From: Obrimoposthia wandeli
Taxonomy: Eukaryota
Direction: 5' to 3'
Assembly: GCA_977020255.1 (NCBI GenBank)
Contig: CDROCS010002834.1
Span: forward strand, 248,001 to 312,000
Length of the DNA: 64,000 nucleotides
Shown here: piece after piece, positions 23,901 to 32,503 of the stretch
Layout of the letters: the number at the start of each line of letters is the position of its first letter
How positions within the stretch are numbered: position 1 is the first letter of the stretch
Position numbers and translations under genes: made by a program
The notes under the pieces: generated by a model
Told to the model about the DNA's origin: nothing
The model's database searches: none
The model's input: the letters and a program-made list of their open reading frames with translations, nothing else

Positions 23901-25509
23901 TACCTAAACCACTACCATCATTAATCGAACTAAAACCTAATTTGAAATTATCTTGCTGACCAAGAATAAACGCTTGGTTATGTATCTTAATATCACCATT
24001 AGCAGAAAATGATTGGGCGCTACCTTTAAAATACTTACAATATTCAGGAAAAGCATAATCCAATTCAGATGAGAAATAACCAACATCTTCTGATAAATGT
24101 GATCGATTTTTGTCGTCTTCATCAACCACAAAACTGGCTTTATTACCGTCTAACCGACACCGACGTAACCAGCCGCCATGATCACCGTTGCGTTCCATTT
24201 TCTTGGCAACTACACTCGATACACTGTTCAAGCCTAAATCGTGCAGTGCCGAACAGCCCTGCTCTAAAGGTTGGATACCCGTGACATTAGGCGTTATTAA
24301 TTTGCCAAAATTAAATTTGTAGCCATCGACCTTTCCATCACCAGCGAGTGTCGCGATATAGCCAATTCGTTCCGTTTTATATTGATGAGAATTGCTTCGA
24401 GATCGAGAAAGCTCTAATGAGACCTCTAAACCTTGTTTCGGGGTAACGTGACTCATTCGACTTTGGTTACGTATTGCTGACGTTAACCATTTATCATTAT
24501 TTTCTGACTGTACCTGTGTCAGTACTACAGGGTTCGATGTAAAGGCATTATTCAAGCCAAAATCAGAAAACATGCCTGCTGACCAAGCACTATCATTAAA
24601 CTTACCTTGGCCCCCCTTATAAACCAATTTATTAGTATCAACATACCCAGCCACAACGGTATGGCCGTTAAAATCGGCCGTTCCCGGCTCAACGACCAGA
24701 TAGTCGACCTGCACCATCTGATTCGCGCTTTCTCCCGTACTTGTTGGACGTTTTATTTCAAAAGAAACTTGCTTGGCGTTAATATCTACACTTTTCAAAA
24801 AAGCAGAGGCTGGCGCATCGCTATCAGGGTTTGTGCCATTCTCTCCCGCACCTTGCTTGCCTATCGTCGGCATCAAAATAACAATCGGGGTATATTGGTA
24901 ATTTTTGGTGAGCGGAAAGCTACACGATGACGAACTACAAGTTGCCGAGCCAAACTCAAACTGGGCCTTTTCATTGTATTCAGGTTTTGGTACGGGTATT
25001 GGTAAGCTACCGCAGTTACCTTTAGTCAGACAGGTTCCTATAATACGATCTCCCAATACCGTCACATTAATTATAGGGTTACGCTTATCTGCACGTATCG
25101 TATTTTTAAGACTGATAAACTGATCTTTTGATGGAATACGAACACCATCAACACTATATTCTAACCAGCCTTTTAGATTGTTAGAATTATCAGTTCTAAC
25201 AAACTTGACCTGAAACTGATGTTCCTTTCCGTCATTAAGGTAACCCGCTTCATTTACTCCCTGCCCGTAACCAAAATAATCCTCATCATCCGTCCATATA
25301 GGGTGATAATAATAGTCACCTTCAATTCTAATTCGGTTGCTACCATTTGAGACCAAGTTAGCAGTAATACAAAATCCAAATCTTGCGTCGACACTTGCAC
25401 CATTACTTAAGCATTGCGATGCTTGGGCTGGTACGCTTAACAGACTAAAGAAAAAGGCAAAGATACAATATAAAAAAACGAGCCTGTTAATTTTCATACG
25501 CTTTCTCAT
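20941..25509 (-). CDS. mshQ: MSHA tip adhesin-like protein MshQ (DUF6701 C-terminus, lectin-type N-terminal modules), ~1522 aa
   Basis: Last msh gene before mreB; C-terminal IRYGRM..IPLRVEYWNG..PWLLYNW..TFGVYRGNDRIIYRGE. ATG at 25509 overlaps the mshP stop (ATGA). Confidence 0.85.
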   Translation of the reverse strand: MRKRMKINRLVFLYCIFAFFFSLLSVPAQASQCLSNGASVDARFGFCITANLVSNGSNRIRIEGDYYYHPIWTDDEDYFGYGQGVNEAGYLNDGKEHQFQVKFVRTDNSNNLKGWLEYSVDGVRIPSKDQFISLKNTIRADKRNPIINVTVLGDRIIGTCLTKGNCGSLPIPVPKPEYNEKAQFEFGSATCSSSSCSFPLTKNYQYTPIVILMPTIGKQGAGENGTNPDSDAPASAFLKSVDINAKQVSFEIKRPTSTGESANQMVQVDYLVVEPGTADFNGHTVVAGYVDTNKLVYKGGQGKFNDSAWSAGMFSDFGLNNAFTSNPVVLTQVQSENNDKWLTSAIRNQSRMSHVTPKQGLEVSLELSRSRSNSHQYKTERIGYIATLAGDGKVDGYKFNFGKLITPNVTGIQPLEQGCSALHDLGLNSVSSVVAKKMERNGDHGGWLRRCRLDGNKASFVVDEDDKNRSHLSEDVGYFSSELDYAFPEYCKYFKGSAQSFSANGDIKIHNQAFILGQQDNFKLGFSSINDGSGLGIKSCRTVNKAWECQLDSSLIVPPMDLPSFPGGGGSESLYDGATHTIEPGKYTSIEAGSTTKIIFSEGEYWVRRLTLNGSATLEIKQGDKVTLYVENLQTNTNSEINHVGNTDDFLLLGVGGNANIHLTGMTQFNGLVYSENKVTLDSKFDYKDDILQMPATIVGAVTAKNLVMNSTSNIRGSSICFAPPEQDYQIIVTPEQDLSLTCDRQPVEFQVQDVNGAATGNYNGQVSVTSSLSTANKAFWYLSEKGGEDRKLDVSLSHAFNTDSNGKVTLWLKSDVVGTITATGTLSTDSRQVAVGQYGFVPFKLEITNSYLPVVAGKPVGISIKAKACKTDNSDEVSVGYDGKRKLKFNTTYNAPNTGNQKIELRASSAKKNWLNDEIELDFDQGVATAELRYLDAGKTALTIYDPLCSLAEGCEILPESKTLSQYDIGDWTRLEGKQSIWSRPYTFALCNATTPYIESATGTSEGGRAFIASGESFGLKAKPIIWLDSDAANNDISNGLNATQAVDSSAMCYRQETANFYKNDAPKTSVVLSIPSGDGVKPHSPTQTGSVSGNLTSLPLDNMQIKDSAFSVSWDEVGSILLQGDTQVSYLGMDINMGYRPVGRFYPKYLKLIADNLTYPSGQTGFAYMGQDFTFDFTVEAQNADKRPTKNYGLFAGDLRASLELMVADSTKAETVVNTQANRVEYFSIKGAPYTWVWSGGAWNKGGSNQSDTARMNITDSNFTFVRHYDKNTNRGSEPRYSSEDGPFDSGNTRMGLFIKTKPDPLDWDYTRYNGEDKLKQVEISDTLIGQVWSSKPDIRYGRMMMEDAAGRSNSNITIPLRVEYWNGSAFITNIDDSVSEYDGQHSCKQIIANSADKLKPGESSNSYTQGNGNIIGGDTQSGQFVVVPHKRGGSSVEGYREQVRFWQKLVNVTPKKVDGKDQTINCKSDNVGSSPQPWLLYNWRGLGDENPSAVVTFGVYRGNDRIIYRGEKGMNQLLN

Positions 25510-25934
25510 AGTAAATCCTTCGCCCACACTTCCTGCGTTCTTGATACCTGTAGATTACCCGAACCGCACGTTGCCGTACTTTCAAGATAAAACGTTGTCA
25601 TTATTGAACCCGCTCTGGATAACGGATTTGGTGTGCAGGTAACTGTCGCTCTACAGTTATAATTATTGGCGGGGGTAAATGCTGAACTGCCGTTACACAC
25701 TGCGGCATTTGCACCACTGGCACCAATTGGAAACAACAAATTCAACATCATTTCATTGCCAGAATGGGCCGTGAACCACGCCCGAGTACCGAGCACCTCT
25801 CTGGTCGTGGTATCTTGACTAGACCAATCGATGCGGATCATCGCAGCAGCCATTAAAGACATCACAACAATAACGAAAATAGCGACAATCAATGCACCGC
25901 CCCGTTGTTTACGATAAGCATTTTTATAAAACAT
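25506..25934 (-). CDS. mshP: MSHA minor pilin MshP (PilX-like)
   Basis: RGGALIVAIFVIVVMSLMAAAM prepilin-like N-terminus; synteny. Confidence 0.88.
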   Translation of the reverse strand: MFYKNAYRKQRGGALIVAIFVIVVMSLMAAAMIRIDWSSQDTTTREVLGTRAWFTAHSGNEMMLNLLFPIGASGANAAVCNGSSAFTPANNYNCRATVTCTPNPLSRAGSIMTTFYLESTATCGSGNLQVSRTQEVWAKDLL

Positions 25935-26721
25935 TGATCACCTGCACACTGTGGTTGTAATTGGAGGTTTCTCCTTGAGACCCATTTTGGCTCGTACGCG
26001 GATCCTCAAATCTCAATGCAATGTGCACAATGCCATTACTGTTGAGCCCTGCTCCTGTGGCACTTACATCAAAAACATCAATTTTATTGCTCAGCACCAC
26101 GGCATCTTCGCCCTCTTTTTGGCGGGTCAGTTTCGTATCGCCGTCGTAACAAAAAGAGACCTGCTCACCATAGAGGTACAAACGCTTGGCGGGAGACTGG
26201 CTTTCAATCACATTGGTATAGCGTAATGTAGCAACACCACCTGAAACCGTAGCGCTATTAGCCGTCGGTTTCAGGGCTTCTCCGTATTGTTCTGCAGAAG
26301 TAAAACCTACCGCAATGCCAGTATTGGCAATTACAGCTACAGCGCTTTCATCATCATCACCATTAGTTGCTGTCCATAAAGCCTGTTCATCGGATCTTGG
26401 AACAACCTCTATCTGGCTCGCGGTAACTGAAGGCTGATCAAAATAATAGGCAGAAAGATAAACAGGGTAAAAGGATAAACAAGATCCATTAGCACTCACG
26501 TTGACACTGTTAGGCGCGGCATGGCGAACCTCACGGGTTAACCTTTCCATCACAAAGCGCGCTTCCGACTGCAATCGCTCACGATCGACCGCACTAACAT
26601 AGCCGTCGACACCAAGGCGAAGGAAACTACCGATACCCAGCGAGATAATCGCTAAAATAACCAAGGCAATAATTAATTCCAGCAGAGTAAAACCATATTC
26701 AGCCCTATAAGCACGACTCAT
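25924..26721 (-). CDS. mshO: MSHA minor pilin MshO
   Basis: G|FTLLE N-methylation site; RFVMERLTREVRHAAPNS. Confidence 0.88.
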   Translation of the reverse strand: MSRAYRAEYGFTLLELIIALVILAIISLGIGSFLRLGVDGYVSAVDRERLQSEARFVMERLTREVRHAAPNSVNVSANGSCLSFYPVYLSAYYFDQPSVTASQIEVVPRSDEQALWTATNGDDDESAVAVIANTGIAVGFTSAEQYGEALKPTANSATVSGGVATLRYTNVIESQSPAKRLYLYGEQVSFCYDGDTKLTRQKEGEDAVVLSNKIDVFDVSATGAGLNSNGIVHIALRFEDPRTSQNGSQGETSNYNHSVQVINVL

Positions 26722-27365
26722 CAGTAATTACTCCTATAGGCAATAAACTCATAATCGCCATAACGGGTAGTGCGGATATGAACAGAAATACGTTTATGAT
26801 CGCTTATTACACCAGCGTCAGTGCCGGTAAAACCATTATCATAAAAGACATTAACTTCCGCCCAGATATTCTGATAATCATCTCCGGGAATAAAGTCGAT
26901 TAACTCCCCTATTCGCGGGAGACTACTATTGTTGCATTGCGCCTCAGTGCCCCAGCAACCAATAAAATCATCAACATCATCTGCGAGTGTAAGATTTAAT
27001 AAACCAGCACCGGTTAGTTCGTGCCCTTCAGCTTTCAACAAGTTGGGCACCGTACAATCAACTTTTAATTCCGGTTTCTCTTTCGGATTTACTTCCCCAC
27101 AGCGGACCACGCTGTCGCCGTTAGGATCGGATGCATTGTCAAATTGACGGGATAAAATTTCATTCAACATGGCATGGCCAATCGCCGCTGAGCGCGCTTG
27201 ATAATGCGGGATAGCCGATCGCTCAGCCTGAGGGAATAGAAAACTGGTTAACGTCACCATGGCGATACCCATAATAACGATCGCCACAATGCCTTCGATT
27301 AAGGTAAAGCCTTTTTGCGCTGTTATTGTTTGCATAGAATATTTAGGTGGAGTAAATCGTCGCAT
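26721..27365 (-). CDS. mshD: MSHA minor pilin MshD
   Basis: G|FTLIEGIVAIVIMGIAM; DDVDDF motif; ends AYRSNY. Exact start uncertain (27374, 27365 or 27333). Confidence 0.87.
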   Translation of the reverse strand: MRRFTPPKYSMQTITAQKGFTLIEGIVAIVIMGIAMVTLTSFLFPQAERSAIPHYQARSAAIGHAMLNEILSRQFDNASDPNGDSVVRCGEVNPKEKPELKVDCTVPNLLKAEGHELTGAGLLNLTLADDVDDFIGCWGTEAQCNNSSLPRIGELIDFIPGDDYQNIWAEVNVFYDNGFTGTDAGVISDHKRISVHIRTTRYGDYEFIAYRSNY

Positions 27366-27367
27366 TA

Positions 27368-27892
27368 TTAACATCCCCCTTCGTCAATAAAACCTTCACG
27401 GTTTATACACATACTGAGAATGTTATTATCGCGCGATTGCAAATTGATCTGACAGCCATCGTTACAAATACGCTCGCCAGCACTGTTTACTGGTCGCCCT
27501 AATAAATCAAAATACACGGTATTTGACGCCAGACTCGGTAACGTAAAACGAACTCGGCTGACTTCCCCCTGTAAAATTCGGCTTGATGCATCTACCGTAG
27601 ATTGCACAGGGCAAGTGCTGCCTGTAATTAACCCCATGCAAGATGTTTGGTCATCAGTGCCAGTAATGATACGCAGCGGAAAGTTTGTTCTTTGAGGGGC
27701 TGTGGCTTGCATGGCGGTGATTTGAATTTGACGGGCAATAGCAATGGCTTGATCGCGAGAAATAAAGGCATCGAAACTGCTTCGCCCGCTCATTCGCGAG
27801 GCAGCTGTTAGGCTGATGATACCCACCAAAATAATTACCACGATCAATTCAATTAAGGTAAAGCCGCGCTGCTTATACTTGCCGTAGGGCAT
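27368..27892 (-). CDS. mshC: MSHA minor pilin MshC
   Basis: G|FTLIELIVVIILVGIIS; YFDLLGRP..CINREGFI. Confidence 0.87.
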   Translation of the reverse strand: MPYGKYKQRGFTLIELIVVIILVGIISLTAASRMSGRSSFDAFISRDQAIAIARQIQITAMQATAPQRTNFPLRIITGTDDQTSCMGLITGSTCPVQSTVDASSRILQGEVSRVRFTLPSLASNTVYFDLLGRPVNSAGERICNDGCQINLQSRDNNILSMCINREGFIDEGGC

Positions 27893-27963
27893 AATTCACC
27901 CTGAGTGAGAGTTGATAGTAGTAGTGGGTTCTATTTTATAAAAGTATGATATAACATACCTTT

Positions 27964-27989
27964 ATAAAATAGCGCTCCGAAGAGCGCCA
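27964..27989 (-). terminator. Hairpin/terminator downstream of major pilin mshA
   Basis: Minus strand gcgctc-TTCG-gagcgc (C(UUCG)G loop) followed by tattttat. Confidence 0.6.
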
Positions 27990-27997
27990 TCTATATA

Positions 27998-28462
27998 TTA
28001 CTTAGTACCTGTACACGCATCACCTGTTGTAAATAATGTTGATGCAGCTTGAGATATACTGGCAGCTTGTGTATACGTGATAATACACTCACTAGTCTTA
28101 GAGTTACCTTCGTAGGTGTAAACAATTGCACCATTTCTTTCAGAAACAAATTTCCAATCATTCATACCATTTACAGCCGCATTAAGAGCAGCCGAAGTTG
28201 CCGCAGGGTAACCAAAGATAATATCAATTCCATCAACTTTCTTCGCATCTGTTGCACTGGCAGCTTCTAAGCCATTAATAGCGGCCTTACCGTAAGTAAT
28301 ACCAGCGGCGCCATCAATTGCCCCTTTCAGCCCTTGCAACGTTGACTCACGTGCATCATTTTGCAGGTTCAAGAAACGAGGTGCAGCTGTTACTGCCAAA
28401 ATACCCAGAATAACAATTACAACCACTAATTCGATTAGCGTAAAGCCGCCTTGACGTTTCAT
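27998..28462 (-). CDS. mshA: MSHA major pilin MshA
   Basis: MKRQGG|[32 protein letters not shown] is the canonical MshA N-terminus; followed by a terminator-like hairpin. Confidence 0.93.
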   Translation of the reverse strand: MKRQGGFTLIELVVVIVILGILAVTAAPRFLNLQNDARESTLQGLKGAIDGAAGITYGKAAINGLEAASATDAKKVDGIDIIFGYPAATSAALNAAVNGMNDWKFVSERNGAIVYTYEGNSKTSECIITYTQAASISQAASTLFTTGDACTGTK

Positions 28463-28475
28463 AACTCACTCCTAA

Positions 28476-29066
28476 TTATTGTAAATTTACTTCGACTTGG
28501 CCAAAGGCCGGTTTGTAAATAAATGAATGTCCCGCTTCAACATTTGTTGAACCTGAACCGTTGGTACCAGCCGAAGCTAGTTGGTAATAACGACACTGCT
28601 TGCTGGCATCTGAGCCTTCAAGAGTGACGTAAAATAAATAGTTGCCATTGGTTGCATCTGACGATGACGTCGTTGCTAACGGCGGGTTTTGTAATAGGTT
28701 TTTGATCAGATCTAAGCAATCATTTGCATCAACACTATTTACATCACTTTTGTTACTTGCTTCTAGTGCAAACGGATAACCATCACGCACTGAATCATCA
28801 GCGATTGCTTTGGTTAATGAAAAAACCGTACCGTCATAGTTCACGACATTCTGGCTGTTATCATCGGTCGGTCGACCATAGGCTTCCCACTGCGCACGTG
28901 CTGACAATGCAGCAGTGGCATAACCACCCGCAATGCCTTTAATTGAAGACTTCTTGGCTTCATCCGTTATTTGAATAAAACGAGGTAATGCAACAGCAGA
29001 TAATAAACCTACAACAATGATGACAATCACTAATTCAACAAGGGAAAAACCACTTTGTTTTTTCAT
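28476..29066 (-). CDS. mshB: MSHA pilin MshB
   Basis: G|FSLVELVIVIIVVGLLSAVALPRF; SARAQWEAYGRP. Confidence 0.88.
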   Translation of the reverse strand: MKKQSGFSLVELVIVIIVVGLLSAVALPRFIQITDEAKKSSIKGIAGGYATAALSARAQWEAYGRPTDDNSQNVVNYDGTVFSLTKAIADDSVRDGYPFALEASNKSDVNSVDANDCLDLIKNLLQNPPLATTSSSDATNGNYLFYVTLEGSDASKQCRYYQLASAGTNGSGSTNVEAGHSFIYKPAFGQVEVNLQ

Positions 29067-29090
29067 CTTTTATTAACACTCTTGTCAATA

Positions 29091-29579
29091 TTACAGCGTA
29101 ATTTTCGTCAAAAAACCGTCGATATGTATTGTCTCATTTTCATAAGATAATTCCAGCCCTTTACCGTCAATAATCTGGTATTCACAAGAATTATAAACAG
29201 TTGAGTTCACAGTTCTTTTATTAGACAAATGTATATAAGAAGAGGCTGCTTGTTCGCCAGATAATAAAAGCCACATTTTATCGCAGTTTACTTGCCTTGA
29301 TTCAATCACTATTGGCCACCCAAGTGCGGTAAAACTTAACTCTATATTATTAACGGTCATATAATTAGGTTTATCATTAAGTTCCCATAAATTACGGAGA
29401 CTTACCGCATTATTATAAAAGTTACTAACCGTCAAATTTACTTTTGTCTCTTCCATCTTTTTATTCAGTTGTGACCATTCACCCACTAAAACAGCTATTA
29501 ATAACAATATAAGTGCCAACCAAATAAACTCTTTTAGCCGAGAAAACTGCAGTCGATCAAACACCTCGTGCAACATCAA
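29091..29579 (-). CDS. mshF: MSHA biogenesis protein MshF
   Basis: Single TM segment, GWP motif and Cys pair; position between mshG and mshB. Start uncertain. Confidence 0.75.
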   Translation of the reverse strand: MMLHEVFDRLQFSRLKEFIWLALILLLIAVLVGEWSQLNKKMEETKVNLTVSNFYNNAVSLRNLWELNDKPNYMTVNNIELSFTALGWPIVIESRQVNCDKMWLLLSGEQAASSYIHLSNKRTVNSTVYNSCEYQIIDGKGLELSYENETIHIDGFLTKITL

Positions 29580-30780
29580 GCATGCCCCACATTGGTAGGA
29601 AAATACCCAAGGCTAAAATCAAGACCATTACAGCAACAACCAATAATAAAAGCGGCTCGATGCGTGCGGTTAAGGTTTGCAAATCGTATTCAACCTCACG
29701 GTCGTAAAAATCAGACACTTCTAATAACAAGTTATCGACTTGCCCCGTCTCTTCACCGACCGCTATCATCTGCAAGACTAACGGGGTAAACACACCAGAA
29801 TCGGTGGCGGTACTGGTAATACTGTTACCGCTTTCAATGCCGTTTTTCATTTCAATTAAGCGGTTTTCTAAATAGCGATTACCCAGCGCTTCTGCTGACA
29901 TTTGAATTGCTTGGTTCAGCGGCACACCCGCCCTGATCATTAAGGCAAAAGTACGAGAAAAACGTGACATCTGGGCGCGGTTAACAATATGTCCCACCAC
30001 AGGGGTTTTAAGCCGCCAATTATCCCAACGTTCTTGACCATTAGGGGTACGTCGCCACATTTTAAGCGCTAACCCACTGACGATTCCTGCACCCAGCATT
30101 AAGGGCCAATAGTGAACAAAGAAATTTGACGTGCCAATTAAGATCCGAGTCGGTAACGGTAAATCGACACCAAAGCGTGCAAACATCGACGCAAATTGAG
30201 GGATCACTTTAATATTCAACACCACCATCGCGAGCATAATCGCGGAGATCACAAACAGCGGATAACGCATCGCTGATTTAATGCGACGACGTGTTTCCAT
30301 TTCTTGTTCAAAATAGTGAGCTAGCTGTAATAAGGATTCATCCAGTCGACCGGTGTTTTCTCCGACATGAATCATCGAAACAAACAGATCAGAAAAAACC
30401 CGCCGATGCTGTTTCATCGCAGCCGACAGCGAATGACCATTGGTTAAATCGGTCATGACGGCACCCAATGCTTCTTTCATTAGCGGATGACTAGCACTCT
30501 GCCCTAACCCTTTAATAGCCCTTAATAGCGGCACACCAGCTTTGGTCAAACTGTAAAGCTGACGACAAAAAATCACTAATGCTTCTAGTGGAATATCATT
30601 TTGAAACAATTGCTTAAAATCGAAGCTATCCCCTTTGGCCTTACCTTGGCGGATCTCTAAGGGAATAATGCCTTGGCGGATCAGTACATCGGCTGCAACC
30701 TCTTGGTTAGCCGCTTCTACTTGTCCGCGTTGTAATTGGCCTTTGCTACCTCGACCACGGTAATTAAATACTGGCATCAA
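29557..30780 (-). CDS. mshG: MSHA inner-membrane platform protein (PilC/GspF family)
   Basis: FCRQLYSLTKAGVPLL, GENTGRLDE, MIAVGEETGQVD, IFLPMW. Confidence 0.94.
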   Translation of the reverse strand: MMPVFNYRGRGSKGQLQRGQVEAANQEVAADVLIRQGIIPLEIRQGKAKGDSFDFKQLFQNDIPLEALVIFCRQLYSLTKAGVPLLRAIKGLGQSASHPLMKEALGAVMTDLTNGHSLSAAMKQHRRVFSDLFVSMIHVGENTGRLDESLLQLAHYFEQEMETRRRIKSAMRYPLFVISAIMLAMVVLNIKVIPQFASMFARFGVDLPLPTRILIGTSNFFVHYWPLMLGAGIVSGLALKMWRRTPNGQERWDNWRLKTPVVGHIVNRAQMSRFSRTFALMIRAGVPLNQAIQMSAEALGNRYLENRLIEMKNGIESGNSITSTATDSGVFTPLVLQMIAVGEETGQVDNLLLEVSDFYDREVEYDLQTLTARIEPLLLLVVAVMVLILALGIFLPMWGMLDVARGV

Positions 30781-30787
30781 CTATGTC

Positions 30788-32500
30788 CTATACCAGAAAG
30801 CCATCATTAAGATCGCCGTCACCCAGAATAAGTACTTCATCTAGGCTGGTTCGCCCCTCTAGTGCTAACCCCATCGCTGAAGCAACTAAGGGGTGGTAAT
30901 CTTCAGATTCACGGGCTATCTGACTAAATAAGACCGCATTATTATCACGCAGGGCATCCATCATGGCTTGATTCATTTCGAGTAATTCAAACACACCAAT
31001 ACGCCCTTTATAACCGGTGAAGTTACAGGTTTGACAACCTCGACCACTATGAAAATCACGGTGTTGATGTTCAGGAAAACGCGCCTTTAACCACTGGATT
31101 TTAGCGGCATCTGGGGCTTCTTTTTCACCACAATCGCGACATACACGACGCACTAAACGCTGGGCTAATACCGCCCGCACCGCACTCGCCACTAAGTAGC
31201 CAGGGGCTTCCATATCCATCATTCGCAGAGCACTGTCTATCGCATCGTTGGTGTGCAACGTAGATAACACCAAGTGGCCAGTTAACGCTGAACGCAAGCC
31301 AATTTCGACCGTTTCTTGGTCGCGCATTTCACCCACCAGAATAATGTCGGGATCTTGACGTAAAAAAGTACGCAATATAGAAGAAAATGTCAGACCAATT
31401 TTGTTATTAACTTGCACCTGATTAACCCGTGGTAAGCGATATTCTACTGGGTCTTCGGCAGTGATCAGTTTTTTACCCGGCTTATTCAATTCGCTGAGCG
31501 CACCATATAGCGTGGTGGTTTTACCTGAGCCAGTAGGGCCCGTTACCAAAATCATGCCATGAGGGCGTTTTAACTGCCGACGAAATCGCTGCAAAATATC
31601 AGCCGGCATACCGACTTCATCAAGATTTAGAATACCTGCCGATTGATCGAGCAAACGCATAACAACCGATTCGCCGTATTGCACTGGCATGGTAGAAACA
31701 CGCACATCGACTGAATGCCCACGAACTTTTACATTAAAACGCCCATCTTGTGGCAGACGTTTTTCAGATATATCGAGGCCACTCATTAATTTAAGACGCA
31801 AGACTAACGCCGATGCCACACTGGCTTCATTGAGTAATGTTTCATGCAATACGCCATCGATACGCTGGCGAATACGTAATACATCGGTATCGGGTTCAAT
31901 GTGAATATCTGACGCACCGACTTGAATCGCGTCTTCAAATAATGAATTGATCAGCTTAACAACGGTGACGTCTTCGTTGTCATCATCAAAACCAAAAGCA
32001 AAGACTGAATCCGTTTTATGTTCGGCTTGTAACTGCTCTGCGAAGGAGACAATTTCTTTCGTGCGTCGGTAGTAACGATCAAAGGCCGCAATCAATTGCC
32101 GTTCGGGTGCGATTACCAGCTCAACACGGTATTCACCTAGCTGGTTATACACCGCTTCTTGAGTCGCAAGATCAGCAGGATCGCTCATAGCAACCCGAAC
32201 GGTGTCACCACGATGATCGATGACCAATGCCCGTAAACGGCGAGCATGCACTTCTGATAGTAACGATACCGCTTCCATATCAACGTTAGCGCGCGTTAAA
32301 TCGACTAATGGAATATCAAGCTGTTGCGACAAAAACGACAACATCTGTTGTTCAGTTAAGAACCCCATGTTTATCAATGTATCGCCTAACTTTCGCCCTG
32401 TGCTTTGCTGCTGTGAAAGTGCTTGTTCTAATTGGGTTTGAGCAACAATGCCTTCATCTACCAGCAAGTCACCAAGACGTTTTCTTAATCGAATCTGCAT
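30788..32500 (-). CDS. mshE: MSHA extension ATPase with N-terminal c-di-GMP-binding MshEN domain
   Basis: Tandem MshEN motif RLGDLLVDEGIV..LEQALSQQ / KLGDTLINMGFL; Walker A GPTGSGKTT; RQDPDIILVGEMRD. Confidence 0.96.
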   Translation of the reverse strand: MQIRLRKRLGDLLVDEGIVAQTQLEQALSQQQSTGRKLGDTLINMGFLTEQQMLSFLSQQLDIPLVDLTRANVDMEAVSLLSEVHARRLRALVIDHRGDTVRVAMSDPADLATQEAVYNQLGEYRVELVIAPERQLIAAFDRYYRRTKEIVSFAEQLQAEHKTDSVFAFGFDDDNEDVTVVKLINSLFEDAIQVGASDIHIEPDTDVLRIRQRIDGVLHETLLNEASVASALVLRLKLMSGLDISEKRLPQDGRFNVKVRGHSVDVRVSTMPVQYGESVVMRLLDQSAGILNLDEVGMPADILQRFRRQLKRPHGMILVTGPTGSGKTTTLYGALSELNKPGKKLITAEDPVEYRLPRVNQVQVNNKIGLTFSSILRTFLRQDPDIILVGEMRDQETVEIGLRSALTGHLVLSTLHTNDAIDSALRMMDMEAPGYLVASAVRAVLAQRLVRRVCRDCGEKEAPDAAKIQWLKARFPEHQHRDFHSGRGCQTCNFTGYKGRIGVFELLEMNQAMMDALRDNNAVLFSQIARESEDYHPLVASAMGLALEGRTSLDEVLILGDGDLNDGFLV

Positions 32501-32503
32501 CTC

